Assembly: GCA_003663355.1 (NCBI GenBank)
Contig: QMZV01000001.1
Span: 1-55,624, forward strand
From: Candidatus Aenigmatarchaeota archaeon
GTDB lineage: Archaea > Aenigmatarchaeota > Aenigmatarchaeia > QMZS01
Length of the DNA stretch: 55,624 bases
Direction: 5' to 3'
Below the pieces are notes generated by a model. The model was not told where the DNA came from. It saw nothing but the letters and a program-made list of their open reading frames with translations, and made no database searches. Each line of letters begins with the position of its first letter. The first letter of the stretch is position 1. A program made the translations under genes and the position numbers. This document shows positions 51,198 through 55,624 of this stretch, in pieces.

Positions 51198-52168
51198 AAT
51201 ATTATGCAAGATTGAGAGGAGGCATCAGAACTCATTTAGAATATCTCTTAAATCATTTTAAAGCAAAACTCGTAACTTCTGAAGTAATATTTGATTTTTA
51301 TGATGGGACTTATGGTATAAGTAGAGGAATAAAACTATTGCAGAAGGAGATGGAAAGTTGTGATATTTTTCATATTCACCATGCAACGCATTCTTTGGAA
51401 TTGTTAATCCCTTCTTTAACAAAGAAAATGAATAAAAAGCCGGCAATAATAAACACTTTTCATACACCAGTTGGAGAGAATGTTCTTTCTGTATTTTCAA
51501 AAAATTATATGAGATTGATAGCAAGACTTTATAAAGAAACTTCAAAAAAATTTATTGTTGTTGGAACTAAACAGAAAGAAGTTATTGAAGATATTGTTGG
51601 CGACAATCTATTAGTTATTCCGAATGGAGTGGATACAAACAAATTCAAAAGGAAAAAAGCAAAAAGATTTTTTAAAGATTTTACTGTTGGTTATCTTGGA
51701 AGATTGCATATAGAGAAAAATATTTCTTCCTTGGTCAGGGCATGCAAAAAAGCAGGAGCAAATCTTGTAATTGCAGGTACCGGAACCCAATATGAGAAAC
51801 TTAAAAAAATGGAAAACGAGAAATTAAAAGTTTTGGGATTTGTTAAAGATTCAGTAAAATTTTATAACTCAATAGATGTTTTTGCTTCTCCATCACACTT
51901 AGAAGGACATCCTTATACAGTGCTGGAAGCGATGAGTTGCGGGAAGCCTGTAATAGTTTCAAACTTTGGAGGAGAAGAAAAAATTCTTGAGGACTGCGGT
52001 ATTATATGTGGAACAAAAGTTAAAGAAATTTCAAAAGCAATAAAAGAAATCAAAAATATGGATTTAAAGAAAATGGGAAATAATGCGAGAAAGCTTGTAA
52101 AAAGAAAATATGATTTAAAGGATCAAATTGAGAAATTAAATAAAGTTTATAAGTCTGTTTTGAAATAA
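51188..52168 (+). CDS. GT4-family (GT-B) glycosyltransferase
   Basis: GRLHIEKN and PSHLEGHPYTVLEAMSCGKPVIVS (E-x7-E). ATG 51188 overlaps the PHP gene by 10 nt. Confidence 0.8.
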   Translation: MEIKYYARLRGGIRTHLEYLLNHFKAKLVTSEVIFDFYDGTYGISRGIKLLQKEMESCDIFHIHHATHSLELLIPSLTKKMNKKPAIINTFHTPVGENVLSVFSKNYMRLIARLYKETSKKFIVVGTKQKEVIEDIVGDNLLVIPNGVDTNKFKRKKAKRFFKDFTVGYLGRLHIEKNISSLVRACKKAGANLVIAGTGTQYEKLKKMENEKLKVLGFVKDSVKFYNSIDVFASPSHLEGHPYTVLEAMSCGKPVIVSNFGGEEKILEDCGIICGTKVKEISKAIKEIKNMDLKKMGNNARKLVKRKYDLKDQIEKLNKVYKSVLK

Positions 52169-52260
52169 TTATCTTTAGGACTGCTGATTGTGTAAACTAA
52201 ATCTTGTCGGAGTGTTAGTTGTAACAAATGCATAAATTTATCTATTTTAGTAAGAATAAT

Positions 52261-53244
52261 TTACTCTAGAGAAAGTATAAAATTTGCTATTTCTTTAGCT
52301 CCATTTTTTAGTTTTTTTTGTTTTCTTATCATATTTCTTCTTGCTCTAAAATCAAAAAGAAGTTTACTAACTTTATCTAATAAATCTTCTTTTGATGCTA
52401 TTTCACACAGACCTTTTAATTTACACTTCTCAGCAACTTCTATTTGTTCAACAGTATTTGGTAAAACTATACAAGGTGTTCTTGCAATTATACATTCCAT
52501 TATAGAAGAATAACCAGAGCAGATAACTAAATCCACACCTTTAATATAGGGAAAGAGGTTTGGAACCTTCTTTAGTTTATATATATTTTTTATATTTTTT
52601 CCACTATATCCTCTAGAGTAAATAGTAGCGTCAATGTTTTTGCTTATTTCCGAAAGGTTAACATCATTTTTACTCGTGCCTGTTGGTATATATAATATTT
52701 TATTTTTGCCTCTAAGTTTTTTAGCCGGTTCTTCGTAGGCTAAAAGCCCAACCAATCTTCTATTTTTCTTTAAAGGTATATCTTCTATCCAAGTATAGAA
52801 AGTAATATCTGCAAAAACTTCTTTATTCCTTATTATCCATTTTCTAAGAAGCCCCTTAAACCCTAATTTAAAATTGAAAGGCTTGAACTCGTGTGTTATT
52901 AAAAAGTTGTATCTTGCATATATTTTACCAATAATTAAACTTACTAATTCCATATCACAGACATGCACATCAGGACGGAATTCTCTGAATAATTTTAAAT
53001 ATTCTTTTCTATGTTGGAAATAGGGTTTTATTAAATCCTTTATTTTAATTTTTTCAAGCGGAAAAAATTTTGGTTGTGGAAGTTCATATACTTTAAAACC
53101 ATTTAGTTTTATAAGTTCCAATCCTGGACCAAAACCTCCAAACACGATTTCAGTATCTTTATTTTTCAAATAATTCGCAATTGCAAGAGACCTTGTTGCA
53201 TGTCCTATTCCACCAGAGCTAAAGGTAAACAAGACCTTCTTCAT
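52261..53244 (-). CDS. GT-B glycosyltransferase (MurG/GT28-like)
   Basis: FSSGGIGHATRSLAIANYL N-terminal glycine loop, with a C-terminal half (VICSGYSSIMECI) typical of the GT28 C-domain. Confidence 0.55.
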   Translation of the reverse strand: MKKVLFTFSSGGIGHATRSLAIANYLKNKDTEIVFGGFGPGLELIKLNGFKVYELPQPKFFPLEKIKIKDLIKPYFQHRKEYLKLFREFRPDVHVCDMELVSLIIGKIYARYNFLITHEFKPFNFKLGFKGLLRKWIIRNKEVFADITFYTWIEDIPLKKNRRLVGLLAYEEPAKKLRGKNKILYIPTGTSKNDVNLSEISKNIDATIYSRGYSGKNIKNIYKLKKVPNLFPYIKGVDLVICSGYSSIMECIIARTPCIVLPNTVEQIEVAEKCKLKGLCEIASKEDLLDKVSKLLFDFRARRNMIRKQKKLKNGAKEIANFILSLE

Positions 53245-53284
53245 TAATTTATTTGTTTAAAACAAATTATCTACTGAACAAAAT

Positions 53285-54013
53285 CTAAATTTTATCAATA
53301 TAACACTTTTTATTATAATTTTCTACTCTAATATTTAAATTATATTTGCTTTTAACAAAGTTTAATCCCCAATTTAGTAAGACTTTTATAGTATTCTCTT
53401 TTTCATATCTCCGCATAGAAAAAAGTATTCTTATTTTTGAATCATAGACAATTTTTCCTTTTTTCTTTAGCCTTAAAGGTAATTCAAAATCATCTCCAGC
53501 ACTATAACTTTTGTATCCTCCCACAGACAAGAAAGGTTTTTTCCTGAAAGCCATATTTGCTCCAACCGTAAGATGAATATTTAAACGAGAAGTTATTAAA
53601 TTAAGCAAACTCATTAATTTTAACATAATGCGATTCTTAAAGGTGTTCTCAAGCGGCTCTTGTTTTCCGTAAACACAAATAATATCCTTTTCCTTAAAAT
53701 TTTCTTTTATTTTCTCCAACCAGTCCCTTGGAGCAATGCAATCAGCATCTGTCGTCGCAATTAGATCGTATTTCGCCAATTTAACTCCATCATTTCTTGC
53801 ACCTCCGACACCTTCGCTTTTTTGCAGGATTACTTTATCCGCATATTTTCTTGCAATTTTTACAGTTCTATCCTCACTCCCTCCATCAACCACAATAATC
53901 TCATATTTATCTCTTGGCAGTGTCTGATTCAAAAGAGATTTCAGACATCTTCCAATATTTTTTTCTTCATTATAAGTTGGTATTATTACCGATATCATAA
54001 ATATTTCTGCCAA
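53285..54013 (-). CDS. GT2-family glycosyltransferase
   Basis: VIIPTYNEEKNI, VVDGGSEDRT and TDADCI (DxD). Confidence 0.85.
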   Translation of the reverse strand: MAEIFMISVIIPTYNEEKNIGRCLKSLLNQTLPRDKYEIIVVDGGSEDRTVKIARKYADKVILQKSEGVGGARNDGVKLAKYDLIATTDADCIAPRDWLEKIKENFKEKDIICVYGKQEPLENTFKNRIMLKLMSLLNLITSRLNIHLTVGANMAFRKKPFLSVGGYKSYSAGDDFELPLRLKKKGKIVYDSKIRILFSMRRYEKENTIKVLLNWGLNFVKSKYNLNIRVENYNKKCYIDKI

Positions 54014-55304
54014 AATTATTTTTAATATAATTTATTGCCGATTTTATGCAAGCATCCATATTTAAATATTTGAATTCAGAAAATCTCCCGCACAAACCAA
54101 TTCCAACTTCTTTAAAAAAATCATAAATTATTTTTATATTATTTTCATAATTCAAGTCATAAACAATATAAGCATATTTTAATCTGGCAATTTTTTTATA
54201 GCACACATCTTGTTTATTGATTAATTTCTTCTTATCAAGATCTTCTATTATATTTTCTATTATCTCTTTATCCTTCATCTTTGAAATAAGATCACCTTCA
54301 TTATAGGTTATTTCCGCCGTCAGCGAAGATTTTCCTTCTGGAGCCATATATGGACTATCATTTTTTGGAAAAATCAATCTGTGTGCTAGAATATTTTTAT
54401 CTGGCAAATAGAGCCAATGAAAATTATTTAGTTTATCTGTATTCAATCCGATCATCACATTTATTAATGAATTGTATTTCAATTCCTTTACAGCATTAAC
54501 AACCTTTTCTGGTACATCATTCAATGCTTTAACTAAATCAAAGATCGGAATTGTTGATATTATTTTGTCAAATTCTTTTTCTTCTTTATTATTTGAAACA
54601 ATCCATTTGTTTTTTTCTTTTTTGATGGATTTAATTTCAAAATTCTTTATTATGTTGTCCATTTTCTCTTCAATAGATTTTATTAGCGATTGTATGCCTC
54701 CATATTTCGGATAATAAAAATAAAGTTGATGAGTATAACCTTCTGTTTTCATTCCAAGAGAAGATTTTATTATATCTTCTGGCGGTGGTTTCGGCACTCT
54801 GCCCTCAATCCAAAATGTTGCCATATCCTCCGTTTTATAATTCCATATTTTCTCATTATAAGGAATCATATATTTTTCTGCAATACCTTTTCCAAATGTT
54901 TGATAAATCCATTCCTTAAAATTTTTTGGTTTGTCAAATTTTTTATTAAGAGTTTTTATAAATTCATTCAAACATTCAAAATTTTCTTCTATTGGAAGAT
55001 CGCTTAATCCGTTTTCAAAAGGATATTTAACGAAATAATTTTTATATAAAATTTTTGTGTTTCTCCTGTTCCTGACTTTGTTGTTTCCCAAAAGATTTAA
55101 CATAAAATTTAGAATTTCTTCATCTCTGGAAAATATAATATGGCCTCCGCCAATATCAAAAGTAAAACCCCGGTCTTGTATTGTTTTGCACAATCCGCCA
55201 CATTCATCACTTTTTTCTAGAATCTCAAAATCAATATTTTTTTGTTTTAACAGATAGCCCAAGATTAACCCCGTTAAACCACCCCCCAAGATTCCAACTT
55301 TCAT
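53970..55304 (-). CDS. FAD/NAD(P)-binding amine-oxidase-like oxidoreductase (protoporphyrinogen oxidase / UDP-galactopyranose mutase-like fold)
   Basis: MKVGILGGGLTGLILGYLL dinucleotide fold followed by EKSDECGG. The 3' end overlaps the GT2 gene's start. Confidence 0.65.
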   Translation of the reverse strand: MKVGILGGGLTGLILGYLLKQKNIDFEILEKSDECGGLCKTIQDRGFTFDIGGGHIIFSRDEEILNFMLNLLGNNKVRNRRNTKILYKNYFVKYPFENGLSDLPIEENFECLNEFIKTLNKKFDKPKNFKEWIYQTFGKGIAEKYMIPYNEKIWNYKTEDMATFWIEGRVPKPPPEDIIKSSLGMKTEGYTHQLYFYYPKYGGIQSLIKSIEEKMDNIIKNFEIKSIKKEKNKWIVSNNKEEKEFDKIISTIPIFDLVKALNDVPEKVVNAVKELKYNSLINVMIGLNTDKLNNFHWLYLPDKNILAHRLIFPKNDSPYMAPEGKSSLTAEITYNEGDLISKMKDKEIIENIIEDLDKKKLINKQDVCYKKIARLKYAYIVYDLNYENNIKIIYDFFKEVGIGLCGRFSEFKYLNMDACIKSAINYIKNNFGRNIYDIGNNTNL

Positions 55305-55379
55305 TAATAGAATTTGAAATTTTCTTTATTTCTGGTTTTCTAATTTTAACAGATTTATTATTAAAAAAGAATTTTGTTT

Positions 55380-55624
55380 ATGGAAGATAATAAATTTGTC
55401 AGAGAATTGAAGGAAATGGCAACTGGAAAGAGACTTCCAACAGCAGAAGATTTAGGTCCTGGTTATACTTCGCCATTTGAAGAAGAGCCTACAAAACCTG
55501 TAACTCACCAGAATAAACCTGAAAGTGAAAATTTAAAAAAACCAAGTCAAGAAAAAGTAAGTGAAGAAGAATTAGAAAAAGTAAAAGAAAGAGAAGAAGA
55601 ATTTAAAAAAGAATTGTTTAGTAA
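55380..55624 (+). CDS. hypothetical acidic/lysine-rich protein, 3' end outside the window
   Basis: ATG 55380 (MEDNKFVRELKEMATGKR...), open to the window end. Low-complexity E/K-rich sequence. Confidence 0.3.
   Translation, partial: MEDNKFVRELKEMATGKRLPTAEDLGPGYTSPFEEEPTKPVTHQNKPESENLKKPSQEKVSEEELEKVKEREEEFKKELFS

Noticed and set aside
1-55624. CRISPR arrays, rRNA genes, additional tRNAs, inteins, reverse transcriptase/DGR elements
   Set aside because: No regularly spaced direct repeats were seen, and no further GC-rich structured islands beyond the tRNA-Ser and the tnpB 3' region. Housekeeping proteins (RadA, ProRS, GatE) have normal lengths without insertions. No RT motifs were seen in any long ORF.

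Overview
Visibly AT-rich archaeal chromosomal fragment, most consistent with a small-genome (DPANN-like) archaeon; that placement is inference from gene content, class III signal peptides and the scattered ribosomal-protein genes. Housekeeping genes occur singly rather than in canonical operons: archaeal-type ProRS, RadA, uL3+uL24, uS14 (missed by the ORF track), uS11, a lone 2-oxoacid:ferredoxin oxidoreductase beta subunit, SepRS, ScpB, exosome Rrp42, GatE, and an intron-containing tRNA-Ser(GCU). Between them lies accessory and surface material. This includes a 1788-aa S8-protease surface protein and a pilin-like pair whose 908-aa member carries a vWA domain interrupted by a 25-Cys insertion. 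There are also two sugar/glycosylation clusters and a B12-radical-SAM cassette bracketed by a 23-bp perfect inverted repeat. A TnpB gene is wedged between rps11 and a nuclease gene. Toxin-antitoxin genes and their remnants are frequent: RelE, PIN, an AbiEi-like gene, a frameshifted MazF, and a frameshifted nucleotidyltransferase. At least six genes look decayed. The best candidate for an undescribed system is a translationally coupled beta-class amino-DNA-methyltransferase plus a divergent HhH-GPD/[4Fe-4S] glycosylase-like gene (31228-33221). It may be a glycosylase-based restriction-modification or methylation-linked base-excision module. Secondary candidates are the Cys-rich vWA pilin-like adhesin, the ATGA-chained membrane/zinc-ribbon operon ending in scpB, the boundary-less TnpB, and a PqqD-like/MBL fusion. 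No CRISPR array or rRNA gene was seen. All functional calls come from motif recognition by eye; no database search was run.
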